A DNA stretch of 64,000 nt, from contig NW_018408881.1 in the NCBI RefSeq assembly GCF_002113885.1, positions 1,171,659 to 1,235,658 on the forward strand. The letters run 5' to 3'. Below are positions 1-12,770 of this stretch, piece by piece (the stretch's first letter is position 1; every line of letters starts with the position of its first letter). A program made the translations under genes and the position numbers. The DNA is from Mizuhopecten yessoensis (Eukaryota). The notes below the pieces were generated by a model, which was not told the origin of the DNA, made no database searches, and worked only from the letters and a program-made list of their open reading frames with translations.

Positions 1-1034
1 GCGACGTTTCTCATATAGTCTATGTCTCCTATATTCATTGCCATGACAACATAGCAAACAATAAGACCAAGTCCAGCTGTTATGCTAAACACTAGTGTTA
101 TCAACTGACATGCCGTTTGCTTCCCTTCATTTCCAGAACGGCGATGTTCAGTCGCTGTGAAAGTTGGTAAGAGAGGTGACCGCTCTGTGTGCTCTATATT
201 GTCTATTTCCATGTACGACGTTTCCTCGTCAAGAAGCTGCACTTTTTTCGTAGGCGACCATATTTCCAGAAGTATTGTACAAGACAAAAGACAAAATTCT
301 GTAAAATTTGGTTTGAGAATTGGCTTTGATTTTTCTAGTAAAACAGAAAAAGTGCTGTTGTTTTCCAAGCAGTTGGCGATATCGGAGTCCGGGAACGTAT
401 ACATAATGTACAGCGTGATTTCACCGATTAGTGTCCCATACACAAACATGCATACATTCGCAACTAACAGCAAAGACATTGCATAATTAACTAAATGAGT
501 CTGTTTCAGTTCATATGGCGAAAAGTGCGTAATGATAACCATTTGTGAAAATAGGCATAGGATCAATGTGATATTAAAATAAAGTAATATGTACCAAATG
601 TTTCCAACAGCTAAGTTTTCGGAACACTCAATCTGCTTGATGATGAAGAAACCACAATAGAATACCGACGCAAAGCCAAACAGCCACAGGAATACCACCT
701 GAAGTTTCGGGGTACTTGCGTTCCGGCTTGCAGCGACAATATACTGAAGACCATGTTTATGCACCAAGTATCCTTGAACACAGAAGCCAATCACTGCGAA
801 GATCATAAGTAAGGACAGAAGAATCAGAACAAATCCAATACGAATTTCAGAATGTGTTGGTATCTTTTTGCTTGCGGTGAACACTATGACTATTGAAAGG
901 ACGACCAGGAACAGAACTCGGGACGATATAATACAGTCATAATACCCGGATCCATTCTGCCGTCTACGGTAATTTCCAGCCGTGAATGGCAGAAGCAGTA
1001 TGGACGTCAACAGCTTGCCACACCAGGAATCCAT
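1..1034 (-). CDS. Otopetrin-like (OTOP proton channel family) protein A, N-terminal 344 aa, truncated by the window edge
   Basis: ATG at 1034 lies 10 nt after a pyrimidine-rich acceptor (AG at 1046-1045). Open frame to position 1: MDSWCGKLLTSILLLPFTAGNYRRRQNGSGYYD...KLQVVFLWLFGFAS...LFSQMVII...LLVANVCMF...PILKPNFTEFCLLSCTILLEIWSP. Colinear with the 52368 paralog. Absent from the ORF track, presumably because no stop lies in the window. Confidence 0.85.
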   Translation of the reverse strand, partial: MDSWCGKLLTSILLLPFTAGNYRRRQNGSGYYDCIISSRVLFLVVLSIVIVFTASKKIPTHSEIRIGFVLILLSLLMIFAVIGFCVQGYLVHKHGLQYIVAASRNASTPKLQVVFLWLFGFASVFYCGFFIIKQIECSENLAVGNIWYILLYFNITLILCLFSQMVIITHFSPYELKQTHLVNYAMSLLLVANVCMFVYGTLIGEITLYIMYTFPDSDIANCLENNSTFSVLLEKSKPILKPNFTEFCLLSCTILLEIWSPTKKVQLLDEETSYMEIDNIEHTERSPLLPTFTATEHRRSGNEGKQTACQLITLVFSITAGLGLIVCYVVMAMNIGDIDYMRNV

Positions 1035-1787
1035 CGGAGAAAATCTAAAACAAAACAATAACAGATAAATCAATCAATCCATCAATGAAAAGATATTAAT
1101 GTTAACCATATCATGTGTTAACATCTTAGCTGTGGCCTGTCTGTTTTGAATCAAGTTTTGCTATCGCTATTTCTGAAAGTTTATAACGGTGTTTTTTTTC
1201 AAATTGCATATGAAAAATCCCCTTGGTCATTTGTGTGAATGTTTTGTTTTAGGACTAATTGGAAATAACAAGGCAGCCATCTTGCATTCTGAGAGTTCAA
1301 GATTGTTTTTGCTATTTTCAAACCATGAAGTCCCTGCAGGTAGGGCGCGTAAGAATTGTATCTACTGCCCCCATTGCATGATCGTAAGAGGCGACTAAAT
1401 TTGGAAAAAAATAAGTATACAAATGAATATGACCACATTCGGATAAAACGGCTTGATATAACGCTAAAAGCACGGTATACTCTATTTTGTTTAACGATAA
1501 GGTCATACATGTATAGGGACGTGTCTCCATGTGTCTTGTGTACATGTGCTTATGTATAGTTATGTTTAAACATCTTTAATACATCCGTTAACGAAAAACA
1601 CATTTGTCATTGCACAAAAAAGGTGATGTATCAAATCTCATTCCTCTCAGAAACGGATTGTATGTGCACGACAAGTCTGTTTTTGAAACCATAATTTGAT
1701 ATGACCACATCTAGATAAAGTAACTTGACAACGCCCTAAACCTCTCTTTGTATCCGGTTGTATGGTTAATGAGGCAAAGGAAATGTA

Positions 1788-2545
1788 TACTGAACAAAAA
1801 AAGAAACGCACAAAATCTGTAAGGAAATAATGGAATATTTGATCAGGTATCACATCAAGAACGATCTCCCTTCTCAACAATCTATCCTAAAATCAGCCAA
1901 GCGCGACGATGTCATTGTGTGACTTTGTGAGCTTCTTTAGCCCAAATTACGCGGCTTGATCAAGCCAAGCATTTTCATACAAATAATCTCAACGGATACT
2001 CTAAGTTTAGCCACATTAATTTTCAACGTTGGCATTTTGATTTCGCCATTGACTGAGATGCCACACTTAACGCAAATTCAGAGGGGTAGAGCAATTGCGA
2101 TGTGGATGGATGGCCATAGCCAAACTGCTGTCGCACGGCAGCTTGTTGGCCCGTGTACAATTAACCGTCTCTGTACACGTTTCCGTGCTACTGTGTTAGT
2201 TTCCGATCGTCCCAGAAGCGGTCGTCCGCGTGTAATGACCGCACGACAAGACAGGGCGATTAAATTGTCGCACTTGCGCAACAGATTCAATACCTTAGGT
2301 TCTCATGGCAGACCCATTAGTCCTCAAAGTGGCAGAAACCGCTTGCATGCCGAGAGAATCATTGCGCGCCGACCTTATGTCGGGCCACCTCTGACACCAC
2401 GGAGGCGGCAAGTGCGTCTTGACTGGATGCGCAGACATGGCCGGAATAGGTTTGGGATGCGTCAATGGAGGCGTGTGATGTTCACCGACGAGTCTAGATA
2501 CTGTCTGTATCGCTCAGACGGAAGAAAAAAGGTATATCGCAGACT
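1788..2545 (+). mobile_element. Tc1/mariner transposon, 5' part (TIR + truncated transposase from ATG 2058)
   Basis: TA followed by the TIR-like TACTGAACAAAAAAAGAAACGCAC. Protein has paired-like HTH, RPRSGRPR, ARRPYVGPPLT and WRRVMFTDESRY (first catalytic Asp). Cut at about 2546 by another repeat. Confidence 0.9.
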
Positions 2546-2547
2546 GA

Positions 2548-2620
2548 TCCTGCAGGTAGGCCGTAAGAATTGTACCTGCTGCCCCCAATTGCATGATCGT
2601 AAGAGGCGACTAAATTTGGG
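2548..2620 (+). repeat. SINE-like fragment (CATGATCGTAAGAGGCGACTAAATTTGG); second copy at 1332-1404
   Basis: Near-identical 70-bp segments at 1332 and 2548; more diverged relatives at about 8595 (-) and 28420. Confidence 0.6.
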
Positions 2621-2689
2621 ACCTTATCTCTTCTCTCCTTTCTAAATAACTTTTTTCTTCCTAATGCCTCCATTGACAATGCCTCACTT

Positions 2690-3010
2690 TTGGCCATTTC
2701 GCCCCTGTGAGGAAGGCTTTGGGTTCTGTCCCCTGGCCGAGACATACCAAAGTCTTTAAAAATGGTAGTTTCTACTCCTGCTTAACGCTCAGCAAATTCA
2801 GAGTGGGACGACTGGTTCACCCGTTGTCAGTATAATGTGACCGGGTGGGGCGTCCTGCTGGGTGTATTCGGCAGTATGTTTCAGTGAAGTAGCACTATAA
2901 AGTCGGCATCAGTTCCGCGCTATCACAAGGAGACAAACCCGAACATATCGCAGCCTCCCAAAATACACACACATACATTACACGCATGCATCTTGCACAC
3001 AGGGGAGGTC
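2690..3010 (+). mobile_element. tRNA-headed SINE, dominant family in the window
   Basis: Core CTGGTTCACCCGTTGTCAGTATAATGTGACCGG...AGCACTATAAAGTCGGCATCAG recurs at about 18130, 21553(-), 22697(-), 28641, 37040, 41425(-) and 47755. Confidence 0.8.
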
Positions 3011-3691
3011 CTGGATCAAAACCTCATTGCCGTTCGATACAGAGACCATCCAACCACATGTCCTTCCACTTCTCAGACGTTATAACCTAATTACCTGTTC
3101 AGTATATTAAAAAGGCTACCATTTTTATGACAAAACAGGTAGTAGTCATGTATATAATAACATGGGTTTTCCATCTTTTATTTACTTCCTCTTTCTGAAT
3201 TTATGTCCTTACTATTGTGTATACAGTAAAAGCCAAGTCTTACTGTGACACCTGATTATGTGGAAGAACATGGTATCTTATTGTGCCAACTTGACTTCCG
3301 CCTTTATGTATTATTAATAAGTTTGTATATGATATATATATTGCATTGTTCTGCATCTAAATGAAGCTCTTGTACTTCTTATACTAATAAAAATTACTGA
3401 AAATACAAAAACCTTTTAAACAACCTTTTTAATAAACTCGTGTCTAATCAGCTGAAATTAAATGAACAAATCATATCTCAACTAATCGTTTTTTTGAAGT
3501 ATTATGTAAATAATCGGTGTATCATAAAAACGCTCATCTGGCCCTTTGAAGGCCGATCGGCATGGCTAATATTGGGCAGCAGTTACGTATGTAGCATACA
3601 CGTTTGCTCATCATCAAAATTTTGTTTTACAAAATATTCCCAAAGGGATTAAGATGTAGCATTACTTTCTGAGACAACACATACACAGGTA

Positions 3692-3899
3692 TTTGGTTTG
3701 TTTGTGTTTGACGACCTATTAACAGATATGGTAATTTAAGGACGTGCCAGGTTTCGGTGGTGAAGGAAAGCCGGAATTTCTTCGACCTACGGCCAGTACC
3801 CGGCGACTGCCCCATGAAGGTCAAGAACCTGCGACCCAGTCATGGAGGGCTAATGGTAGCAGAATGCAAGACGCCTTAACAGCTTGGTCACCGCGGCCC
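3692..3899 (-). mobile_element. SINE of a second family
   Basis: tRNA-like head GGGCCGCGGTGACCAAGCTGTTAAGGCG on the minus strand and a 3' tail shared with the dominant SINE; it interrupts the diverged copy of the ~790-bp repeat. Confidence 0.6.
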
Positions 3900-4659
3900 A
3901 TCAGAGGAGAGGGAGGATTACGAGGGGAATAACAAGACAAAATAAAAATAAAAAACGATCGGAAGAAAAAGTGAAATACGTTTGCTAATTTTAAAAATAA
4001 TAAGTTATTAGCAGGTTAAAACATCATCATTCCAGACGCAGACAGCATAATACATTTGAACTCTTACCTGAAGTTAAGAGTGAACGTCTTTGTATATCAC
4101 AAGTGTCGGCGATTGTTTCCAGTCATATCAACAATACACAGCCTAACATTCATACGGATGAAAAGAAGCTTTATATTTTTCATATGTTCATGTATATATC
4201 AGACTGTACAAAGATAAGAGGTTGTTCATACATTTTCATACATGTCCTGGCCTAAATTCGCTTTCGTGTTGTTTATGTTAGCTAGGTTGATGATATTGCA
4301 TCAGTTACATGCAGGGATGTAGGGCTACCAACTATGTTCAAAAAATGACTTTACCTAAACCCAAGGTCTCAGAGGACCAGGTTCATATTTGGTTAGTTGC
4401 ATGCAGGAACGAAGGGCTGCAAAGTTTATTAAAATAAATGAACTTCACCTTTATTTAAGGTCACAGGAGTAAAATACGTTAATTTTTATTCTAACTTCTT
4501 CTGAAAAATGAAATAATGATTTTTTTTATAGTTTTTGAATGGGTTCCCGGACATGGGAATACCAGTAATGATTGACTTTAAATTCATTTTACTGATATTA
4601 AACCATTTAAAACAAAATTCATATGATCGCTAATTGGAATCAGTGCTTTAACAACGAAT

Positions 4660-5095
4660 AAAACTCTATTAAACCTGAAATCGGTGAATGACGTCCTAGC
4701 TACAGAGAGAGGCGCCGATACGAGGTTGTCCTTACCCGTTTCCGGATGTGTCTTTCATACATTGATCATTGTTATTTATTGAAAACGTGAAGCCCAGTCT
4801 CAATACATTGCGTGTCAAGATACATTTTCAGTAAAACACTTATTATAAGATTGCGTCGACATTCGGTCAAATTCACAAATATATCTTAAATATCTTTCCG
4901 AAAGAAAAATGTCTCGACATGTTTTAAACTTTTTGAAAGCTCTTTTATCAAAATAATAGTCAACATAGCGCGATTTTCGATAAAATCTCCACGATTTATG
5001 GTTTTGTTTTTGCATATATTTTTGTAGAATATTTGTTAATGGCCTCTCCTGTGTTGATGGGCCTTTAAGCATGTAATGATAATGATGATAATTTA
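4660..5095 (+). mobile_element. Degenerate 3' end of an I/Nimb-like LINE
   Basis: Homologous to 44870-45330, with the same tail (GGCC...TGTTGATGGGCCTTTAAGCAT + TAA/TGA repeats). Confidence 0.65.
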
Positions 5096-5268
5096 TCTAC
5101 TTCCTCCTTCTGAATAAATACCCTTAATACTTGTGTATATATTAAAGTCCAGTCTTCCGTGAAACATGATTTTGTCGAGTGACTTTAATTTAAAATTTTC
5201 TGAATGTAAATAAAACTCTTGTAATTTGAATACAAATATTTTGTTTAAAAATATTATGACAATAATTT

Positions 5269-7690
5269 AGCTTGCTCAATTTCAGATGACCTCGCTATTG
5301 GTTAGTAGTTAGCAGACAAGTTTATAGATAAATAATTGTACACAGTTATTTCTAAAAGGGTTTAGACTTAGCATTACTTTGTTAGACAACATAGATACAC
5401 AGAGCACATAACGAGGGGAACAACAAGACAACGAAAAACGTAAACAGAGGTAAAATGTTCTACGATTCCTAATTTTAGAAAAAGATTGACAGGTTAAAAA
5501 ATCAGCATCATTGGCGATGCAGACAACGTATCAAATTGAACATTTACCTGTAATTAAATGTGAACGTCTTGGTATGTTGTCGCCGATTGTCCTCAGTCAT
5601 ATCAGTAATACACAGCCTACCACACTGGCACAACGCGGAAGAACAAACAATGTTTTTTAGCTTATTATGGTGAAACAGATACCTGAGGCGTATATACGGT
5701 TGATGACCAACCGCGGAAAACAAGTATTCATGCGGAAGCAAAGAAGCATAATATTTTAATATGTACATGTACCATGCATCTTAGACTGTACAATGATAGG
5801 AGGTTGTTCATACTTTTAAATATATTTTGTGTGTGGCAATTTGTAACTTTAGTTCGCTGTTCCGGCCTCAAACTCACTTTCAAGTTGGCAAATACACCAA
5901 CATATCCTCTCTCCGGGACACAAACACGCATTCGCAACATACATGGAGGCACGTCCATAAATGACCTTGGCTGTTAATAGGACGATGACCAAAATTTAAC
6001 AAAAACCGAAAAATTGTTTTCTATTTTTAACTAGGTTGATGATATTGCGTCAGTAGCATGCAAGGATGAAGTGCTAATCAGCCTGCTCAATTTCAGCTCA
6101 CCTCGCCCTGGGAGGACCGACCGGCCCAGTTATTATTTGTAAGTAGTTAGTAGACAAGTTGACTGATAATTTTTTTTAGAGTTATTTCTTAAAGGGCTTA
6201 GATTTAGCATTATTTTGTTAGACAACACAGATACACAGACAAAATAACGAAGGGAACAAGACAACGAAAAAAAGTGAACAGAAGTAAAATATTTTTGACA
6301 CGTTAAAATCAGCATCATTGGCGATGCAGACAGCATAATATATTTGAACACTTACCTGTAGTTAAGTGTGAAGGTGTTGCTATATTACAAGTGTCGGCGA
6401 TTGTCCCCAGTCATATCAGTAATACACAGCCTAACACAATGGCACACCGCGGAAGAACAAACAATGTTTTGTAAATCAGTATTGCGAAACAGATACCCGA
6501 GACGTGTATACGGTTGATGACCAACCGCGGAAAACAAGTATCCATACGGAAGAAAAAAAGCATAATATTTTAATATGTACATGTACCATGTATCTTAGAT
6601 TGTACAATGATAGGAGGTTGTTCATACTTTTAAATATATTTTGTGTGTGGCAATTTGTAACTTTAGTTCGCTGTTCCGGCCTCAAACTCACTTTCAAGTT
6701 GGCAAATACACCAACATACATGGAGGCACGTCCATAAAAGACCTTGGTTGTTAATAGGACGTTGAACAAAATCTAACAAAAACCAAATTGTTTTCTTTAT
6801 TATTTTAAACTAGGTTGATGATATTGCATAAGTAGCATGCAAGGATGAAGTGCTACTCAGCCTGCTCAATTTCAGCTCACCTCGCCATGGGAAGACCGAC
6901 CGGCACAGCTTTTATTGGTTAGTAGTTAGTAGACAAGTTGACTGATACAAATTTTACAGTTATTTCTGAAAGGGCTTAGATTTAGCATTATTTTGTTGGA
7001 CAACACAGATACACAGAGCAAATAACGAAGGGAACAAGACAACGAAAAAAGTGAACAGAAGTTAAGTATTTTTGACACGTTAAAATCAGCATCACTGGCG
7101 ATGCAGACAGCATAATATATTTGAACACTTAACTGTAGTTAAGTGTGAACGTGTTGGTATATTACAAGTGTCGGCGATTGTCCCCAGTCATATCAGCAAT
7201 ACACAGCCTAACACACTGGCACAACACGGAAGAACAAACAAGTTTTGTAGCTCAGTTTTGCGAAACAGATACCTGAGGCGTTTTTACGGTTGATTAACCG
7301 CGGAAAACAAGTATTCATACGGAAGCAAAGAAGCATTATATTTTAATATGTACATGTACCATGCAGCTTAGACTGTACAATGATGGGAGGTTGTTCATAC
7401 TTTTAAATATTTTTTGTGTGTGGCAATAAATTATCAAATTCAATGGAAGAATATGTATCTTTAGTTCGCTGGGCCAGCCTAAAACTCACTTTCAAGTTGC
7501 CAAATACACCAACATATCCTGTCTTCTTGACACAAACACGCATCCACATCATTCATGGAGGCACGTCCATAAATAACCTTGGGTCTTAATAGGACGTTGA
7601 ACAAAATCTTACCAAAAGTAAATTGTTTTCTTTATTATTTTAAACTAGGTTGATGATATTGCGTCATTAGCATGCAATGATGAAGTGCTT
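5269..7690. repeat. Tandem repeat, 3 units of about 780-830 bp; diverged partial 4th copy at about 3560-4330
   Basis: Unit start AGC(T/C)TGCTCAATTTCAG at 5269, 6080 and 6859; the ORF track shows duplicated peptides here. Confidence 0.92.
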
Positions 7691-9332
7691 CAAAGTTTTT
7701 CAAAACAAGTAGTTGTATGCTTGGTTTAGGGGTCTGTTCTGTTCATATGAATAGGATTCATCCATGAATAGGCCTACTGTATACCACTGAATGATCGTAT
7801 GGAGCGATGTTTGTGGGACCCCTGCAGAATCAGGGCTGGTTTCTTCCTCGTCTTCTGTTTAGATAAGCAAATCAAAGACCTGCTGTACGATGGCCAGCAG
7901 CAGTAATAAAGAGTTTACCATATTTAGTAGGTACATGTCATGGCAACTGCTTCAGAAAACAGCACTTGCCAGGTTAAAATGTCCGCTTAACTAGAGCGGT
8001 TGTTTTGTTACGCATCTAAGTGGCCCATATCAGCCATTTCGCCAAACGTTGACACAATTAACATTCTGCAATGATAACGGGTGATTTTAACACAGTACAT
8101 GTGAGCTCTATTCATTTACAGGGATACATGGCTTCATCTTGATCGTTATAAGAAGGTGTGCTATACAACCTCGTCCTGCTTGGTCTCATTGGATTGGTAT
8201 CAGTCTTTTTGGTTTGGTCTGGCATGGTCTCTGGAGTCGGACCGAAGGCTATTTTTTTATTTAATTAGTAGTTGATGTCTTATAAATCCTTATATGACTC
8301 TATATGTAGCCGTTTGCTGAATCGATTATCTAAAGAACTCAAATACAGTGTGTAGATCATTTTGAGTGATAAGGAAATATGAACTGAAAGTACGGTGGGT
8401 TATTATTATTTTTTTTGGGGGGGGGGGTAACATCCTTAGCTTAGATCTTCGTAAGACGGGGTCTAGATACAACATCGAAAAAGTGAGAGAGAAATATCTA
8501 GATCATACCAACATCAGATCAATTTTCAATGTCCAATGTCGTCCAAGCATAAGACACTAAACACGAAACCCTAGATTCTGCATTGAACACAACTAGTCGC
8601 CTCTTAATTACGATATACAGAGGGATACAGCGGGCCTATTTTTTTCCAAAACCAGCAAGGGTCCCATTGGAGTGTAAGGAGTGAAACAGCCAACGTTGTA
8701 AAAGAGCAAAAATGCACATTTGATGATACTTTTTTATCACACACCTTTTATCACTATGACAAATAGTAAAGAGAACAGTAAAATTAACATATTGTTGTTA
8801 CAATTTGTATCAACGTAGCTGCAACTGAAGTTAAGGATAACAGATAGTGGTACAGCAAATCCTATACAAAATATGATTTTCCCAATAATAATAATAATTA
8901 TGATATAAAACATTTGATATAGTTAACATAAGCCACTCTAAAACGCTTTACAGTACAAAGAGTATACAATTAGCATATACATTAATCAATACAATTTTTG
9001 GGGAAATCGCAGGAGCTGCCTTATCAGGCGCTAACTACTAGCCCTTTGTCACCTGGCTAATATCTCCCTATGTGTGTATGCCTGCGTATGTGCTCGAGAT
9101 GTATTGTGATGGTTTGTAGTCGGACCGTGCTTCAAACGGTATCTTTTATAGTGCCACCTCACTTGAATGCTTCAACACAAATACCGCAACATACACCCCA
9201 GACCATTTTATACTCCCCTGGGTTGTTGGATTTGTGTGGGCAGGAGAAAAACACTTTCTCTGATATTCCATTCGTACGACGACTTCGAAGATCAAACCCG
9301 GTCGCCTGCGTGAAAGGGCGATGTGTTAATCA

Positions 9333-10176
9333 TGTAACGTGTAGGGGTGTCCTTACAACCCTGGGTCCGTCCTTAGTATATACTTGGGATGTACTGTACT
9401 TTAAACTATACCGGCGCACTGGCTTGGTCAACGCCGTCGATGAAAAAGAAATAATTTCTTTATGATACAACAACAATAACAATATCTAATTTATACTGAA
9501 TCAATATTATGTGCACTATGATTGTTAATTGCAAGGTAAATATATATAGAACAATAACTAACAACTCATGCTCACTACCTGTCAGCGAATAGGCAAACAC
9601 ACTCGCCCCTGATTCTATCACTCGATTTCACACAGTGCAACAGTGTACACCTGCGCAGTTGTCAACACAGCGCAACGGCACTTATACAGTGCGCAGAGTA
9701 ACGGCTCCAACCTTAGCAGTTGTCTGTTCCGCGCAAAGGCACTTATGCAGTGCCAAACACCTACACTTACTCAGTGTTCTATGTAATACTGGGAGAACAA
9801 ATAGCTACCCAGAGCCTTGTCCAGGCTCTGTTGTCAGTTGTTCCGTTGCATCTTTATTCCGGGTGTCCCTACTATCCTAATTCATGATTTTAGTATTACC
9901 TTTTATCTTCGTCGTGTAAAACTCCCAACTTCAGGTGAATAGTCGAAGACCGTCGATCAAAAGCCTAGCTTACTAGTCTGTCGCCGTTTGTATACCAATG
10001 GACTATACTATCTCAGTGTAAATCAGGTTATTCCATTTCCCTTACTTCTAAGTCACGAGTATGTTTGACTATAATGTCCCATCTATATACAAGTAACAAA
10101 CACGCTAACTACAGTGATCTATACTTTAATTGAGGCACACGAAGGGGAAATTAACATGAATCAAAACATCGTTACA
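9333..10176. mobile_element. Solo LTR (Gypsy-like), 844 bp
   Basis: Termini TGTAACG...CGTTACA (7-bp inverted); perfect 4-bp TSD ATCA at 9329-9332 and 10177-10180; the flanks rejoin into a tRNA-like SINE head. Confidence 0.8.
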
Positions 10177-12449
10177 ATCACTCAACTAATCCGCCCTATA
10201 TGATCAAAGGGAGATCACTCATGTAACAGATCCATTTTGCATTGAAAATAATGTTTTGACAGACCCTTAACTTTTCTCCTGTAATTGATTTCTATATATC
10301 AAATAGACGAGGACAAATAACTGCATCTTGTCTTATTTCCAGAGTAGCGAAGCTCAGGATATCAATTAGTCATATCTATATATGGTATCCAATGAAATTG
10401 TTGTATACTAGAAATTATCCAATAAAAGTTTACATAGTGGCATGAGTGACCTATGAAATACATTTACCCCTAGAACTATTATAGGCTGTTACATTTCTAA
10501 GAAACGTTTTCTGTTTTGTCTGCTCTTAATTCTCCATACTAGCATATCATGTTTCAAGTAACTCAACAATAACAGTTCATCTAAAACATGTCCTTAAAGC
10601 AGGGAGAAATGAATTTACGAATTCGCTTGTTTGCATGGACTTCTTTTACATTTAAATACATTTGTAATGATCTAATATATATTATCCCATACATATCTTT
10701 ACATGTCTCTTTTACAATTAAACATACCAAATTGTAGGAGTTGGGCATCTCTTATAATTAAAGATGTTTAAACATAATCTAAAAATACATTAAGATTTAT
10801 CTAATTCTTCAGCAACGCGCCTTTAGGTATTAAAGTTAGGTTGGCTTGTCATGTGAAGATGCAAGCAATCATGGATCCGTAATTATTCCTTCATAGGAGG
10901 TGTTGTTCACACGTAACACATTTCAATAACAAAGAATAATATGTATCATTACATTAAACTATTTAGGGTCCATGATTACTCTATTTTCAGACAGCGACAT
11001 GTTTTTGTTTTGTTATTAGAGCTAGTCAATGTAAACAGGCTTTTAATTAAAGGATTTCGGCCAAGATGTTTTACTTTTTGTAAAAATAAGCGAACTTGTC
11101 ATTACAATTTAATTAATAACGAATCATCGTTCAACGAGCGTTCAGAAGTGTCCCGTTACCTAGATATAGGCAACCAAAGGTGACCGCTCCTTACTGGTGA
11201 GAATTTTAATGAGCTAACCGGTCACGTGGTACTTGTGACGTCACAATGGCGGATTTGGGTCACTGGTTTATATAACAGTAGCTTTGGTTCAGGAGCTACA
11301 CCTCCTATTGATTCCTGATTTAGTTTCGATGAACACGTCTGACAGTGTGATTCTTGCCGTGAACTACATACTTAATATAATTCACTATACATTTAAGCCG
11401 AAGAACGGACGAAGACAAATAACTATTGACGTAAAAATTGACATTGGTTGACGATTCTGATATGGCAGGGACGTAAATAAGATAAACATACAGAACAAGC
11501 GGTTCAAAGAATAAAACTTCCATATATTACTTGATTTAATACAAAATATTTTTTTTTTACATAATAGCAAGTTTAATAATGTTGCGACCTTTTTAAAGTC
11601 ATAATCTACTGTAATTATAATTTTCTGAAATCTGCTGACAAATAGCTTGTATTCCTCCTTCTTAATACCCCGTGTACCGTTACATATCAACACATCAACG
11701 TCTAAAAGTGATAGTTTTACCAAATAACTTTTGCATCTCAGATTGATGTAGTATTAGAACACGTAGAAATGGAACACATACACTTTCATTCAATTTGGTT
11801 TCGTCATAATATCAAACTTAGATCACACTGACAAGTTAACACACGGGGTAGTATATTTTAATTGTTTACCAATTTATTGCTGGTGTCAATCAAACTCACT
11901 TTCACGAACAAATATAAATAGCATGACAGTTTAAAATGTTTGTTTCATTGAAATATTGCTTTAGATGTCGGCTGAAATCGGGATACGAAAATGAAAATGG
12001 CCCTTCCCCACTTCAGGTATTTATTTATTTCACTTAAAATCACTAACATGCATGTCTGTTTGTGTGGGTTAGGAACTATTTTCCCCTCTCTAACGATGAA
12101 ATATATGGAAGAGTGTACCGTTCTGAGATGCTATTTTCCTATTCCGTTCAAAAAGGATTAAAATACTGTAAGTTATATAAAAAGGATTAAAATACTATAA
12201 GTTTTATAACATCTTAACACATAATCAAACAGCTTTCCACTCGTCACTCAGTTGTGGCTTGAAGTAATTACCCAAACCGCAGCCTTTAACAAATATTGCG
12301 CTATATTCTGTTCAATTTTTCTTCAGAAAAGAAACAGGTTCCTAAATATCCACTCATCGCTAGCTTCAAATTATACGTGAAATTCTAACTCGAAAAAAAA
12401 AAGAATTCTGCCTCGCTCTAGTTGGTGATATTCAATTCAACTATGCTTC

Positions 12450-12770
12450 ATAACATTGGTTTTGTGTGGGGGGTTTTAACACTATTTGTAATCAGGAACT
12501 GGATTAGTTTGGATTTATTGACGCTCTCAGTTGACACGTATATGATAACATTGGTTCTGTGTGGGTTTTTTTAACACTGTTTGTAATCAGGAACTGGATT
12601 TGTTTGGATTTATTGGCGCTCTCAGTTGACACGTATATGATAACATTGGTTTTGTGTGGGGGGTTTTAACACTATTTGTAATCAGGAACTAGATTGGTTT
12701 GGATTTATTGACGCTCTCAGTTGACACTGACGCTCTCAGTTGACACGTATACAAATGTATGATAACATTG
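12450..12770. repeat. Tandem repeat, about 94 bp x 3
   Basis: ATAACATTGGTT(T/C)TGTGTGGG...CTCTCAGTTGACAC at about 12450, 12545 and 12639. Confidence 0.9.

Noticed and set aside
157-486. 109-aa plus-strand ORF (likewise 52460-52696 and 52931-53239 on the minus strand)
   Set aside because: Antisense to otopetrin coding sequence.
1956-2645. 229-aa ORF as an active transposase
   Set aside because: Truncated after the first catalytic Asp; the C-terminus is read-through into an unrelated repeat.
11385-11723. 112-aa minus-strand ORF as a viral or Polinton gene
   Set aside because: No recognisable motif; cannot be supported without a search.
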